63,128 bases of DNA, filler included, from Folioceros fuciformis (GCA_049999805.1; 4 parts of 4 records of this genome joined end to end with filler, not necessarily neighbours in it); one strand, 5' to 3'; shown: positions 23,407 through 36,965, counted from the whole stretch's first letter. Numbers and translations: made by a program. Notes: a model not told the origin generated them from the sequence alone.

Positions 23407-24249
23407 ATGTCGGGCCCGACTGATGAGGAGATGCATGACCCGCGCGACGTGGCCGTCGCAGCCAAGACGAGCCGGACGAGGACCATGGTGCGGTATGTGT
23501 ATAAAGACACGCCCACGGGATTAGCATTGGTCGACGCTGACGAGGATGCGTGCGCACTTCGAAGAGAGCATCCATCAGGGGTGATACCCAAGCTAGTCAA
23601 CGTGGTGGCAAGCACCACGCTTCATGTGCGATTCAACTTGACTCACTTGGCTCTCCACCTTCCCATTGCGGAGTACCATCCTGAGCAAAACGCTGGAGCC
23701 ATGGCAACGGTGAGGGTGCGACTTAGCGGGTCCTCGGGGCCTTACTTGACACTACGTGTGTTTAGGACAGGGCGTGTGGTCGTGCTAAGACCAGCATGGC
23801 GCGAGCAGCAAAATGGTGCTTGCGAGAAGCTTGTCGCGAGGGTGAAGAGGCTGGAGTACGATGCACGCTTTGATCCCAACGACCTCAAGGTCACCGATAT
23901 TGTGGTGCATGCCGCACTGCTTGACGACGATGCGGATGCGGACGCAATCGACTTGGCAGGGCTTCACGCAACCCTAGATGAGGGCATGAGCTCGCTCAAG
24001 TTGAAATGAGTGAGCTTGGATTCACCGGCATTGAGAGGGTTCACTGGGTTGATAGCGAAGTTCGAGGGCAGCACCGAGATATCCGTCACAATCTTCCATT
24101 CAGGACGCCTCCACATTGCTGCCGAAGAAGGCACCATGGCACTGCTCTACAACTTGTTTAAGCAGCTGCATCCCATCATGATGGCACACCAAATGAAGAG
24201 GAGGGTGCTAGCAAACCCCAGCGCCTCGTGCAAGAGAAAGCGATCGTAG
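23407..24249 (+). pseudogene. Divergent intronless TATA-binding-protein-like gene with one in-frame TGA (24007-24009)
   Basis: HPSGVIPKLVNVVAST, AEYHPEQ, RVFRTGRVVV, LKVTDIV, FTGLIAKF, TIFHSGRL, FKQLHPIM follow both TBP repeats in order; frame continues past the stop. Confidence 0.85.
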
Positions 24250-24860
24250 GCTAGGCTAGGGGCAGTGAGTTAGTTACGACCTGCGCGGCCCGCCAATGTA
24301 ATCATGCCGATTGCGATAGAGCATGCATGGCCCACATCGGCCTCGCATTTTGATCCGTTTGGTCGGCTGCATAATTGGTGGTTGTACGGGGTTATGAGTA
24401 GTAAACAAAAGAAGGAAGAAGATTTCATGGAAGGAACAAAACGTTCGTCACACTTGGGAACCCTACAGCACCGAGGGTCAGGGCCTAGAGGGAAAGCCGG
24501 GAAAAGGGTTGTGCGCGGGAGGGGCAGTGCCAATCGCTGAACACGGTTGTCCTTGGGTCACAGTGTGTGGTGATATTCATCACGTACGACACGTAGATTT
24601 ATCGAGATACAAGTTCTAGCCTGCTCGCAAAGCACTCGCCAAAGGCCAAGGACGAGTGGTCCTATATATACGTGTGGTGGCGTGCAATGTTTGCACATAG
24701 AGCTAGTAGTTGTTGCCGTGGGCCGGTATTAACGTGCTCCTACGGCGGAATCCAAAGGACGTCCCTACACGCACCTGGAATCGCTTCTGCGCGTGCCAGC
24801 GCTCCAACGAAAGGACGACGTCGTGCGGCACTTGGGATCACTCCCGTGCGCGTGTGCGTC

Positions 24861-25349
24861 ATGTCGGGCCCGACCGATAAGGAGATGCATGACGTGCGAC
24901 GTGGCCACCGCAGCCGAGACGAGCTGGACGAGGACCATGGCGCGGTACGTGTGTAAAGAAACGCCCACAGGATTAGCAATGGTCGACGCTGACGAGGACG
25001 CATGCGCACTTCAAAGAGAGCATCCATCGGGGGTGATACCCAAGCTAGTCAACGTGGTGGCAAGCACCACGCTTCATGTGCGATTCAACTTGACTCACTT
25101 GGCTCTCCACCTTCCCAACGCGGAGTACCATCCTGAACAAAATTGTGGAGACATGGCAACAATGAGGGTGCAACTCAGCGGGTCCTCGGGGCCTTACCTG
25201 ATGCTGCGCGTGTTTAGGACAGGGCGTGTGGTCGTGCTAGGACCAGCATCGCACGAGCAGTAGAATGGTGCTTGCGAAAAGCTTGTCGCGATGGTGAAGA
25301 GGCTGGGGTATGATGCACGCTTTGATCCCAACAACCTCAAGGTCACCTC
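24861..25349 (+). pseudogene. Second TBP-like copy: frameshifted, TAG at 25261, truncated by Copia
   Basis: Tandem duplicate (unit starts ~22884 and ~24358); homology stops abruptly at ~25349. Confidence 0.85.
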
Positions 25350-27830
25350 AATGGAGTCGCGGAGCAGAAGATACAAAGCCTTTTGGAAGCAGCCAAGTGC
25401 ATGTTGTTTCACAGTGGCTTGCAGGTCAACTTTTGGGGAGAGGCTGTCATGACAACAACCTATGTGTTGAATAGAGTTCCGACAAAGGCCGTACCTAGTA
25501 TGACACCAGAGGAAGCTTGGTCTGGTATAAAACCTGATATCCAACATTTGAGGGTTTTTGGTTCCGTGGTCTACGCTCGTATCCCGAAGGAGAGCCGGAC
25601 CAAATGGGATGCTAATGCAACGAAGTGTCTCGTGCTTGGCTATTCAGATGCAGTGTAAGGCTATAGGCTATACAATCTTACTACGAAGAAGGTCTTTTTT
25701 AGCAGGGACGTTGTTTTTAGGAGGTTGTCGAGTTGATGCCTGGAGTGGGCCCTTCAGATGTTCCATCTGCCAGAGATAGCGGTGTGCCTTCTCCAACTAG
25801 CCGCCACCTTGACCTGCCTGATCCGATGCCTGACGACTCTTCTCAACCTTGTGACATAGGGGGGGAAGGGGGAGACACTCCTAATGTCCCTACGGTTGAA
25901 GACGTTGTTGGAGCCTTACCTCTAGCTGCAGATGTAGATTGCGACATCGAGGGGGGCAGGAGTGAAGCTTCCGATGTTTCTGAAGAAGGAGCAGACTATC
26001 CTGTTATAGCACCACAATCGGAATTACGTAGATCCACCAGGTCGCGTAAGCCTTCTCAAAGGCTTATAGACTCCATCAATGGATGTGTACAAGAGGAGCT
26101 AGCATGTTTTACAGATGTTGAAGAACCCCAAAGCCTAACAGAAGCGTTACAAGGTCCAAAAGCAAAGGAATGGAGAAAAGCTGTAGATAGTGAGTACAAC
26201 TCACTCATCAAAAATAAAACATGGACAATAACTCCTCTACCTTCTAGAAGGAAAAGTATAGGGTCTAAATGGACCTTCAAGATCAAGCGAAAGGCCGACG
26301 GTAGCATAGAACAATACAAGGCGAGGTTAGTAGGGAAAGGGTATACGCAAGTCCTCGATGTGGACTATACTGACACTTTCTCTCTTGTTGCTAAGATAGC
26401 ATCTATCCGAGCCCTTCTCACTATCGCAGCTGCCTTCAATATGGAGATACATCATATGGATGTTCAAACCGCTTTTTTTAATGGTGATCTAGATGAAGAA
26501 ATATATATGGAACAACCAGAAGGGTTTGAGGTACCAGGACAAGAAGGCGAAGTTTGTAAGCTGCAAAAGGCTCTTTACGGTCTCAAACAATCAGCCCTTG
26601 CTTGGTATCGTAAGCTCTATAATCACTTACAGTCTAAAGATTTCAAGAGAACTAGCGCTGATTGGAATATATATGTGAAGCAAGTGCAAGACATGGGCAA
26701 GCTCCATTATTTCTTAGGAATAAAGGTAGCAAGACAAAGGATCAACAGGGTAATCTCCTTAAGTCAGCAAACATATGTGGAGAACATACTGGAGCGTTTT
26801 GGAATGCAAGATTGTAAACCGATAAGAACGCCCATGATCCTCAACAAGAAACTGTCAAAGGAAGCAAATCCTACAAATGAAAACATGACAGAAAAAAGTA
26901 GACAAAAATCTTTACCAGCGTACTGTTGGCTGTCTCACCTATTTGGCAACAAGCACAAGGTCAGACATCACAGAGGCATTGGGGGTTGTGAGCCAATTCT
27001 TGGTCAATCCTCAAGAACAGCATTATCAAGCAGTCAAGAGAATTTTCAGGTATCTACAGGGTACAAAGCACTGGAAATTGACTTACCTAAATCAAAAAGA
27101 AGAAGCCTAGGTTGTCGGATTTTGCAATTCAGATTGGGCAGGAGATATCGATACCCGCAAGTCTACCACTGGATATGCCTTCATGCTATTCGGAGAAGCC
27201 ATCTCGTGGAGCAGTAGACATCAACCCAGTGGGAGTGTTAAGCATGATTTATGTTGAGATTAATTAGTGCTAATCTAGCTTATTGAGTTTGTACTAATTA
27301 GTAGTAAGAGTGATTAAGGTTATGATTAATATATATAGCTTATTAGACTTTGTTATGTTAGGCAGAAAAGGTATTTTAGGGTTTGGGGTCATTTATCCCA
27401 TATTGGGCACGAAATGAGAGTGCCACCTATAGGTCCATAAAAGAAGGGATGAACCCACCTAGTATTTGTTGTCTAACTCCCTCTTCACTTGTATTGTGTT
27501 GTTTCTTGTAATTCTCCTTTTATTTGAGTTTAAGAGTTTAAGAGCCTTGTTATAGTGCTCTTATTTTTGCGATTCTGCATCTTGCTTCAACTAACTTGTT
27601 CTAACCTCTTTCGAGTGGCGGGGGTGACATCTCAACAAGTAGCACTATCCTCTACAGACGCAGAGTACATGGCAACCTCAGGTGACATCTCAACAAGTAG
27701 CACTATCCTCTACAGAAGCAGAGTACATGGCAACCTCAGCTGCAACAGTGGAAGCCATATGGCTTCGTAGATTGCTCGAAGAGATGGGATTCAAGCGGAA
27801 GGGAGCGACCCTCATCTTCAACGACAACGA
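25350..27830 (+). mobile_element. Ty1/copia pol fragment (integrase end, RT, RNase H), degenerate
   Basis: FWGEAVMTTTYVLNRVPT, KARLVGKGYTQ, HMDVQTAFFNGDLDEEIYMEQPEG, LYGLKQ, VALSSTEAEYMA; YVDD region deleted. Confidence 0.95.
27252..27637. mobile_element. Solo-LTR-like insertion inside the Copia RNase H
   Basis: TGTTGAGAT...ATCTCAACA terminal inverted repeat interrupting the coding sequence; left end may be 27236. Confidence 0.65.
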
Positions 27831-27949
27831 GTTGGGAGTGCCATATATATATATATATCACTTATATATATTATGCTTAAAATAACATGGATAATATAGA
27901 TATTTAACTTATCCAATCACAATGTAGGACTTGGATGGGCCCAAGGCAA

Positions 27950-28239
27950 GAAAAGGAGGAGGGAGCAAGGGGGCAAGGAGCAAGAGGAAGCGAAGGGAGG
28001 AAGGAGAGAGCGAGGAGCAAGAGGAAGCAAGGGAGGAAGGAGAGGGGGCAAGGAGCAAGAGGAAGCGAAGGGAGGAAGGAGAGAGCGAGGAGCAAGAGGA
28101 AGCAAGGGAGGAAGGAGAGGGGGCAAGGAGCAAGAGGAAGCGAAGGGAGGAAGGAGAGAGCGAGGAGCAAGAGGAAGCAAGGGAGGAAGGAGAGGGGGCA
28201 AGGAGCAAGAGGAAGCGAAGGGAGGAAGGAGAGAGCGAG
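27950..28239. repeat. 75-bp G/A-rich tandem repeat, about 4 copies, running into a gap
   Basis: Exact head-to-tail units; no T on the + strand. Confidence 0.95.
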
Positions 28240-28339
28240 NNNNNNNNNNNNNNNNNNNNNNNNNNNNNNNNNNNNNNNNNNNNTTAATTAATTAANNNNN
28301 NNNNNNNNNNNNNNNNNNNNNNNNNNNNNNNNNNNNNNN
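28240..28339. other. Artificial scaffolding linker (N44-TTAATTAATTAA-N44); also at 55400-55499 and 61320-61419
   Basis: Same 100-nt linker three times. Confidence 0.97.
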
Positions 28340-30036
28340 CCCTAATCCGGTCTAGTTGACATGACCTAGGGAGCTGCTAAACCCTGGATTATGTCAAACG
28401 TTCAGTCACACCTCGTGGCACAGCCCACCCTAAGAGAAGCCAACGGCAGCCGGCGGATGGTGGACCCTCCCATGTCTCCCACGCTCTGCGGGGTCTGCCA
28501 TCATCTTCCCTATGTCCGGCTGCAAACTTGGGCTACAGCTTGTACTCAGGGTCCCGTGTGCCCAACCCAAAGCCGCTCCTGATCAAATTGCGGGCTCCTG
28601 GCGCCGGCCTCGCCTCAGTCCCCTTATCCGCATTCTGCTCGCGGGTCCAGTTTGTCGTCGTTGTCGTGAGAGCATTTAGGTTATTGACTGCCTCCATGGT
28701 CACTTAGTCTGGTACCAAAATGGTTGTCACGATGTAGCGGGAGTTGCGCAGCGCGCTCCACAAGCACAAGCTGACTTTCTGGAGCTGAGGAGGCGGATCC
28801 TACTATCGCTCTTTTCAACCTCCCGAGGTACCAACATTTTGGCCCCCATCTTCTTCTTCTTCTTAAGAGTATGGAGAGGGGCGGTTTGATAGATGACGGC
28901 CCCAGTGTGTCACAGCAGCAGGGCCTTGTCAGCAATGTCAGTATCCTCAAAGTTTGGAGATGCATGATTGCCTCACGAGGGTAGGCATGAGGCATTCTGC
29001 AGCTGACAATCCCCCTTGTGGTGGTTTCGCAGCTTACAGCGAGCTAGTCGGCCACGTCGGAAGCTGATAATGGTCGACAGTCTTTGGTGGGAATGGTGAA
29101 GTACGATAACACCGTGGAGTGTGGCGTGAAGGAACGTGTGGGAACATTCATATACCGGAGAATCAGCCTGCAGTGCAGAGGGTTGCAGACCGAATGGTGG
29201 GGAGGAGGATGAGAGGTCTGAGTCCTTCTAGGAGAGCAGCATCAGCACCAGAAGTAGTTTTAAGATAACAGGTTGAGATAGTCAGGTGTCAGGACCGTGG
29301 TCACAAAGTGTCTAGGCAGCTATGTATGGCGGAAGATTCACGGCACTATGCACAGTTGGGAGGAGCTCTATCTTCATCAGGTCGTTCAGTACGGACTGGA
29401 TTGTGGTGAAGACTAGGTTTGCCCTGCCTCTTGGAGCGTGCTGCATGCAGTTTGGTCAGTTTGTGTTGGTTGCCAGGAGCTGGGGACTGGCTAGGGTGCC
29501 GCTCTTCTTATCTGGTGGTGGCTCATGGGTCGGAAACTGCAAGCTTGCAGAATTTCTTGCGCATGGCCAGCCTATTCGCCGACCATGCGCACTGGTTAAC
29601 TTGTTTCGTGGTATGCAACCCTCAGACTAGTCTCGGCATCGAACGAACGAGGTGTCGGCATTCGAATATCTCTGCTACTTATTCTTCTTGGAGCAGTTTA
29701 TCCTGGTAGCTTCCCAACCTCGTTGACCAGAATTCCCTTGTACTCTCCCCCTGTTTCCTCCTTTTTTTTCTTTCTCTCTCTGTTGGCATCTCTGCCCTGC
29801 CTCCTGTCCCCAGAGGTACTCTTTGTTTTGCTCCAAGTTACGAACCATCAAGCTGCTGTCTCCCCGGAGCACGGCAAGTAAGCACCTACAATCTGCTTCT
29901 TGGATGGTTTCTTCGTCAGCTGTTGCAGTGCTCAGCCACAGTCATGCCACTGTGAGTTAGTGATTGGGCGGTGTCCCAAAGAATCTCTGTTTGGATAGAA
30001 ACTACTACCTATAGCTTGGCGGGGATAGAAAATTTC

Positions 30037-31755
30037 ATGGAGTCAGGCGGTCATGGCTTAAGCAAAGCAGATGCACAGCGAGAGTCAGGTGACCGCAGTT
30101 CAGAGAGTGGGTTGGCAACGCAGCAGTTGGGACAGCAGTATCATCCACAACAGCAAGAATCTCAGTCGAGGGCCCTTTCGGGGTATGGAGCACCCTCAGG
30201 TTCGGCAATATTAGAGCAGCAACAACAGCACCAGCAACTCCATTCTCACCAACATTCCCTCCAGCAGCAGCAACAGCAGAGCCCAGGGCCTCACATATCG
30301 GGGGGTACCCTTGCGCAGGCAATGGCAGCCATGGGCGGTGCAGGTGACCCACCTCTAGGGATGTCTAACATCGGGCAGGAGTACTCACAGGAGCAGTCCG
30401 GTGGAGGCATGTCTGGCTTGGGTGGGCTTTCCATGTCTCGAGGTAATCAGCAAGAAATATCGAGTGGAGCAGCAGGAAGTGGAGCAGTCCAGGGTCCTCA
30501 GGATCAGGGTCAAACCCCTCCTAAGAAGCCTGCACCCAAGAGATCCTCCACGAAGGATAGGCATACCAAAGTGGATGGTAGGGGTCGCCGCATTCGAATG
30601 CCGGCCACCTGTGCAGCTAGGATTTTCCAGCTTACCAGAGAGCTGGGTCACAAGTCCGACGGCGAAACGATCGAGTGGTTGCTACAGCAGGCCGAGCCAG
30701 CCATTATTGCTGCCACTGGAACGGGTACGGTACCGGCTTTGAGTAGTACATCTATGCAAGGGCGCATGAGCCAGCAGGCCAGCATGTCGGCTGGGGCCGC
30801 CCGTCACCCTACGCTCCATTCAGGCATGGGGATCGGAGGGATTGGACCTTCAGAAGCCGACCGGATGCAGGAGCATGTACGTCGAGGCGAGTGGGAGCCC
30901 GATGACCACCGCGTACTGGAGGTGAACCGCGCCATGGAGGCGAACAGGAGGATCGCCGCTATCAGTCACGGGGACTCTGGACTTAGTCCCCACGAAGTCA
31001 TGTTCCAGCACGAAGGCTTAATTAGCTCCGACGCTGGAGAAGCGTTAGGGCTGGGAGAGTCGTCCGACAGCAGGTTCAAGAAACGACACAGGGGCGGGGG
31101 CCCGCTCGCGCGTCTTAAAGACGACCCGGAGCCTGTCCGGCCCGTGCGGTCGCAGGCCAGGCCTGGAGTCCCTGGCGGGATATCGCAGCCGGGCTCTACA
31201 GGCATCATGTCTGCCATGTGGGCGGCGATGGGCCCTGCGAGTAGCGGATCCATGCCTGGAACCATCTGGATGTTGCCTGTGAGTGCCGGCTCCAACACAC
31301 CAGCCGTCATGTCCGGCCCCTCGGAGCAGCAACTCTGGACGGCGTACCCCCCAGGAGCCTCTGGCGGCGCCATGTATAGAATGGCAGCTCCTGCTGGGAC
31401 ACAGATTCAGCTGGGGTCTGGCGGGAGCGGGCAGTCGAATCTGAATTCACCCAGTAGCCTGATAATGCCGCTGACAGCGTTGCCCAGTGGGATGCCCAGA
31501 ATCAGCATTTCCGGGACTTCGGGCCTGGAGCTACAAGGTGGACACCAAGGTCACCATCCCCTGGGCAATATGCTGCTACAGCAGGGTTCGCAGCAGCTTT
31601 CCGGGGCTGGGTTGGGACTGGCAGGTGACGGTCATCTGGGTATGCTGGCTGCGTTGAATGCCTACACCCGAAACCTCAACCCCGACCACCAACAACATAT
31701 GAGCTCTGCGCATCAGCAGGGGGATAGCGGCGACGATAACACCAGCTCGCAATAA
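30037..31755 (+). CDS. TCP: Class I (PCF-type) TCP transcription factor, intronless
   Basis: [59 protein letters not shown]; first ATG 30037. Confidence 0.97.
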   Translation: MESGGHGLSKADAQRESGDRSSESGLATQQLGQQYHPQQQESQSRALSGYGAPSGSAILEQQQQHQQLHSHQHSLQQQQQQSPGPHISGGTLAQAMAAMGGAGDPPLGMSNIGQEYSQEQSGGGMSGLGGLSMSRGNQQEISSGAAGSGAVQGPQDQGQTPPKKPAPKRSSTKDRHTKVDGRGRRIRMPATCAARIFQLTRELGHKSDGETIEWLLQQAEPAIIAATGTGTVPALSSTSMQGRMSQQASMSAGAARHPTLHSGMGIGGIGPSEADRMQEHVRRGEWEPDDHRVLEVNRAMEANRRIAAISHGDSGLSPHEVMFQHEGLISSDAGEALGLGESSDSRFKKRHRGGGPLARLKDDPEPVRPVRSQARPGVPGGISQPGSTGIMSAMWAAMGPASSGSMPGTIWMLPVSAGSNTPAVMSGPSEQQLWTAYPPGASGGAMYRMAAPAGTQIQLGSGGSGQSNLNSPSSLIMPLTALPSGMPRISISGTSGLELQGGHQGHHPLGNMLLQQGSQQLSGAGLGLAGDGHLGMLAALNAYTRNLNPDHQQHMSSAHQQGDSGDDNTSSQ

Positions 31756-32564
31756 TTTACAAGTGGGTGATTTGAGTAATTAAATTTGTGCATAACCATC
31801 GGGTGGCTTGTATGGCTTGAGGATGGTTTAGCGATAGGATACGACGTGCGTTTGAGCTACATGGTGAAGGCTGGATCTGCCCTCCTTCCATCCTTGCCTT
31901 GGTGGGGCAGCTATGGCCTGACCCATCATGGTGCTGTCGAGTAGTAAGAGTTATCCATAGTAGCAGGTGCATGTATGTGTCGGGCGCTCTTCATTCCCTG
32001 GAGGACGGTTACCCTAGGTATTCCGCTTATGTAGCGAGTGCCCTTTGGTACATGCTTGTAGTCCTATTATGTAGGCCATTTTTTTCACCGTGCAAGGTAA
32101 TAAAGTTTCCCTAATACAGAACTCTGCGTTGTGGGGTGAGGGTAGTGGGAAAACAACAACTTGTATTCAAATTAACTAACCACGGATTTGTATAAGTCAT
32201 CCCAACCTTGCCCCATTCGGTCGTGCTCTATCCCCGAATTGCACTTTGTTTCATTCACGTGTTTAAGCTAATTGGGCGGAGTTAGGGCTAAGCCTCATAT
32301 AGCTTGGTCATCTTTGGTGGTTTGTCTCACCTATTTTGGGCTAGCAGTTAGCTTAGGGTAGTTTGATTACCTTCGGTGGTTTGTTGCACCTCTTTTGGGC
32401 TAGCCTCGGGTAGTTCAATCACCTTTGGTGGTTTATCTTAACTCTTTTGGGCTAGCCTTAGGTAGCTCGATCACCTTTCGTGGTTTGTCTCAACTAGCTT
32501 GAGGTAGCTCGATCACCTTTGGTAATTTGTTTCACTCCTTTTAGGCTAGGCTCGAGTACCTTGG

Positions 32565-32908
32565 TGTCACAGACCGCATCGGAGGGTCGTGAGTCTGGAC
32601 TTGTTCTGTGGGGAAACTGACCGTCTTTCTGGGCGCGTGTGGGCGTACTTGTACAAGTGTTTCGAATCAGGCCAAGAAGGCCCCCGTCCTGGCCGTTGCC
32701 GAGAACGGGCCGATGCCGAGAACGGGACGTTGCCGGGAATAGGCTGGCACCGTGTCTTGGCCGTAGTCCCGGATGGGCTGTTGTCGTGAACGGACAGCAC
32801 AAACGTTTATTCATAGGTTTATCCTAGAATTATCCTGAAGTGGTATTAGATTAACGAGTCGAACTGTCGGTGATGGATCGCTTTCACACTAGCGTCACGG
32901 TTGTGACA
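32565..32908. mobile_element. Solo LTR with 5-bp target-site duplication
   Basis: TGTCACA...TGTGACA ends, flanked by CTTGG on both sides. Confidence 0.88.
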
Positions 32909-33494
32909 CTTGGTCACCTTTGGTGATTTGTCCCACCTCTTTTGGGCTAGCCTCGAGCACCTTTGGTGGTTTGTCTCACCTCTTTTGGGCTAGCCTTAAG
33001 TACCTTGGTCATCTTTGGTGGTTTGTCTCACCTCTTTTGGACTAGCCTCAAGTAGTTAAATGACCACTTTTGGGCTAGCCTTAAGTAGTTGAATGACCTC
33101 TTTTGGGCTAGCCTCAAATAGTTGAATGACCTCTTTTGGGCTAGCCTCAAGGAGTTGAATGACCTCTTTTGGGCTAGCCTCAAGTAGTTGAATGACCTCG
33201 TTTGGGCTAGCCTCAAGTAGTTTAATTACCTCTTTAGGGCTAGCCTCAAGTAGTTTAATCACCTTATTTGTCTCACCTCTCTTGGACCAACTTTGGTGAT
33301 TTGTCTCACCTCTCTTAGGATCACCTTTGGTGATTTGTCTCACCTCTCTTGGGGATCACCTTTGGTGATTTATCTCACCTCTTTTGGGCCAACCTCAGGT
33401 AGTTTAATCAAAGTTGTCTCACCTCTTTTGGGCTAGCCTCAAGTAGTTTAATCAAAGTTGTCTCACCTCTTTTAGGCTAGTCTCAGGTAGTTTA

Positions 33495-34808
33495 TGTTGA
33501 GCTATCGAGCTCTATATGAGCTAAACTCATGTGGTGTTAGTTATCCCAGTTGGGTTCATACTAGACTAGTTCTAGTTATTAGTGAACTTAGGATAGTGTA
33601 GATTATCCCATATTGAACTTGGAAGTTGTGTAGCCCTAAATGTACTACTTAAATGGAGACCTCGGACCTCCATAGTAAGACAGTGGTGATGTGTATTGTT
33701 TTCATGGTTGTGATCACCAATACCACCCTCTCTTCTCTCCTCTCCTCTCCTACACTTGCACGTAGACTGGAGTCGATCCTATTGACATGGTATCAGAGCC
33801 CGGTGCAGGCGATCTTGCTCGGCGTAGGAGGTGCTGCAAGAGGCAGCAAGAGTGCACACCAGAAGCTAGAGCAGCTACGAGAAGTTGGAGCAGCTTGGAG
33901 GGAGATCGGCAGCAAGCGTCCCGGCAGCTAACTCTCATATCGGTGTGTGTAGGAAGTGAGGAGAAGGGCGACAAGGCCCTGTCAGCTTACTAGACTAGCT
34001 GTTGATCCCCAGAGCTCTGTGGAAGGGCTGACAAGTGGAGGCAACAACTGCAATAGCCTCAGCAGCTGCAAGAAAGTGTGCTAACCCTAGCTTGGCAGCA
34101 GGGAAGGAATTGACAGGAAATCTCACGGGAGCTTTGTGGGCAGACAGTCAAGAGTCTGTAAGGACACGGAGCTTGAGACAATCTGGTTCACGCAAGGCAG
34201 CGTGATTCCGCACCAGATTGCTCTTAGGAAGAAGAGACTTAAGGTCTTGTGAGTAAAACTCCAGTCAGAAGCAGTCTGGTTCTTTCAGACATTTATCAGG
34301 TGTGAGTACTCAAGAAAGGATTGAGTGTCAACCTTGAGTGGTGGCAAGAATGGCCAGTGACAGTATTAACCAGATCGTACAGGAGAAGCTGGACAAAAAC
34401 AACTTCCATGCCTGGAAGTTTCGTTTTACAAACTTTCTTATGGGAAAGGGTTATTGGGACTACATTGATGGGGAGCATGAAAAACCCCCTGTAGTACTTG
34501 AACGGAATGCAACAGCGGAGCAGATTAAGGCGCTGAAGGATTGGAGTCAAGGATCTCGGAAGGTCATGTATTGGCTGTCAATCAGCATTCATGACACCAT
34601 GATTGGGCACATATAGGATGCAGAGTCGCCCAAAGAAGCATGGGATGAGTTGGTAAAACTCTATGAGACTAACACGAAGGCGAGAAAACTGCAGTTGAAG
34701 AATGACTTTCAACACAGTTATGAAGAAGAACTTATCAATCAATGAGTACGCNNNNNNNNNNTCTCCTCTCCTACACTTGCACGTAGACTGGAGTCGATCC
34801 TATTGACA
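33495..34808 (+). mobile_element. Ty1/copia element: 5' LTR 33495-33787, PBS, gag start, gap, 3' LTR end
   Basis: TG...CA LTR; tRNA-iMet PBS TGGTATCAGAGC 33788-33799; gag KLDKNNFHAWKFR..GYWDYIDG; identical LTR 3' end 34762-34808; TSD GTTTA. Confidence 0.93.
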
Positions 34809-36965
34809 GTTTAATCAAATTTGTTTCACCTTTTTTGGGCTAGCCTCAAGTAGTTTAATCAAATTTGTCTTACCTAAGGAGCACCTTTTTTGGGCTAGCC
34901 TCAAGTAGTTTAATCAAATTTGTCTTACCTCCTTAGGGCCAGCCTCAGTAGCTCAGCTGCCTAACGATTTCCCATCTGGTTTTCTTATGTAAGGAGTATT
35001 TTGATCTCCGTCATTCAATGAAAAGTTCAAACTAAACATGTGCTCTATCATTCAATCAACATTCAAACTAAACAATTACTATATCACTAATCAATAATGT
35101 CAATAAAAATGCATAAATGAGAGTTAAACACTCATAATTTATCCCATGAAAGAAAATCACTTGACTTGCAACATGGCCAACTTTCAAACCAAGTAACTTC
35201 TCCTCCTTAATCCTCTATTTCCATAGTGTAAGGTGCTTGGTGTTACATGCTTAAGTTATCCATAACAAAACCTCAACTTCATAAACTCAAGTTGATCATC
35301 CATGGACAGAAAAGTAAAGAGCAATATGTATTATCTGCTAGAGAATTCTTTTAGAGCTCAAAGCCTCTAGCAACAACCACATCAAGCTTCAACCTCACAA
35401 CACCTTTTATTGCAGCTATAAGGGTTGTAAAAATCATTGTATATTATGAGATATATAATATAATATATAATATTATAATCATATAAAATCAAGAGAATAA
35501 ACATATAATTGGATGTGTGGTTGCGGCTATAGCACACATTAGTCAACTGTAGTTGTAAGATGTAGTCAGCTATGTCAACTTGTAGTTGTAAGCTTGTAAC
35601 TTTCGCTCTTGTAATCCAATTGAGTTGTGGATGTCCAAGTGTATGTTGTTGTTGTAAGCTTGTGATTGTTGCTCTTGTCATGGAATTGAGTTGTGAATAT
35701 TTCAATTTAGATGTGCATATGCAGGATTACGTGACTTTGGTTTTCTTGGTTTTGGATATGTGAAGCCTTGTTACAACTTTGAGAAGTGTGGATGCACATA
35801 GATTTGTAGATGTGGCAAATCTTTTGAAGCGTATTGCTTGTTGACTCGGGTGAGTGGCACTTGTGTAGGTTATCAATAGAGCAAGTACGTAATGGACATG
35901 GTAGTCTCCTCTGCATTGCAAGATAGAGCAGTCACCATGAAGGAAGAAAAGTTAGTTGAAGTACAAGTAAAGCATGAAGATTGGCTAGAGTTAAAGTAGT
36001 GTGTTGTGAGCAAAGAATTGACTATCAAGTGGCAACAATAAATGGAATGGGTCATCTTAGAATGCCACACGTATGGTGGCACCGATTAAGAAGAAGCTAG
36101 GCTATATTAGGCGATCATTGTAGCTAAGAACTCTATTTATTTTGTCTACAACGAATCTAAGAGGACGTGTCATTGGAAGATTGATTTTGCCTAAACCATA
36201 AAGTGACAAATTATCCAGTCCTTATTAATTAAAGATGTAGTTAGATTGATGATTGTATATTATGTTTAGAAACAATGTGAAAGTTTGAATTCTTAGAGAA
36301 TTGTAGTAATTTTGTAGCAAATATGTGCTGCCCAAATATAATGCTGTAGCAAATATATGACAATTGCAAGAGGCAAGATGTGATGCCCAAACCATAACAA
36401 TCACAAGAGACAAGATGTGATGCCTGAACCATACAATCAGGAAGGACCGACTAACTCGCAACCCCCAAAGTGACAAATGTAAATTGGTTGGGGCAAAGGT
36501 GGACTGCGAAGTTAGAAAGCAATGCTTAGACAAGGAGGTTTAGGAATGCTTCCAAACAGTGATAGACACACCCGGGCGTGGCTTCTCCATAGCCCGTAGC
36601 CTACCTGCCCCTAGAGATACATCCCCCAACCCCTATGGATAGGGTGATCTCACTCGTGACCACCCCTTTGCGTAAGGACTCTCACTCACCTTTCCACCGC
36701 TACCGTGAAAATGAAGCTTCGAGGAACCGCTGAAAGATCCATGATCGAAACGAACAGTACGTAAAGAAGAATTTAATTGTCGTTCGGGTGCAGATAAGTG
36801 GACTTTTGTTCAGGAATTTAGGAGTCTAGTGGGGGTCTTACATACCCTGCAGGGTCTAAGTTCGGACAAGCGTTCGGTAGAGTAAGCACTCTTACCCCTC
36901 CGCACGAGAAAACGTCAGGTTATCTGGTGTTCACACTTGCGGGCACTGGCGAGTTGTTTTTCTTC

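Larger units (their letters stand above)
32290..34950. repeat. Degenerate ~33-bp satellite (acctcttttgggctagcctcaagtagttgaatg and variants) interrupted by two LTR elements
   Basis: Units at 32290-32564, 32909-33494 and 34809-34950. Confidence 0.9.

Noticed and set aside
27904-28291. Six-frame Glu/Arg-rich and Leu/Pro-rich ORFs
   Set aside because: By-product of a T-free tandem repeat
28284-28295. TTAATTAATTAA palindrome recurring three times
   Set aside because: Always centred in N runs; a six-frame-stop scaffolding linker, not biology
28340-29970. Possible TCP autoregulatory sites or uORFs upstream of the TCP gene
   Set aside because: Only short partial matches expected by chance; no comparative evidence
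34950-36960. AT-rich region with short ORFs
   Set aside because: No supportable gene or element boundaries; probably old TE debris
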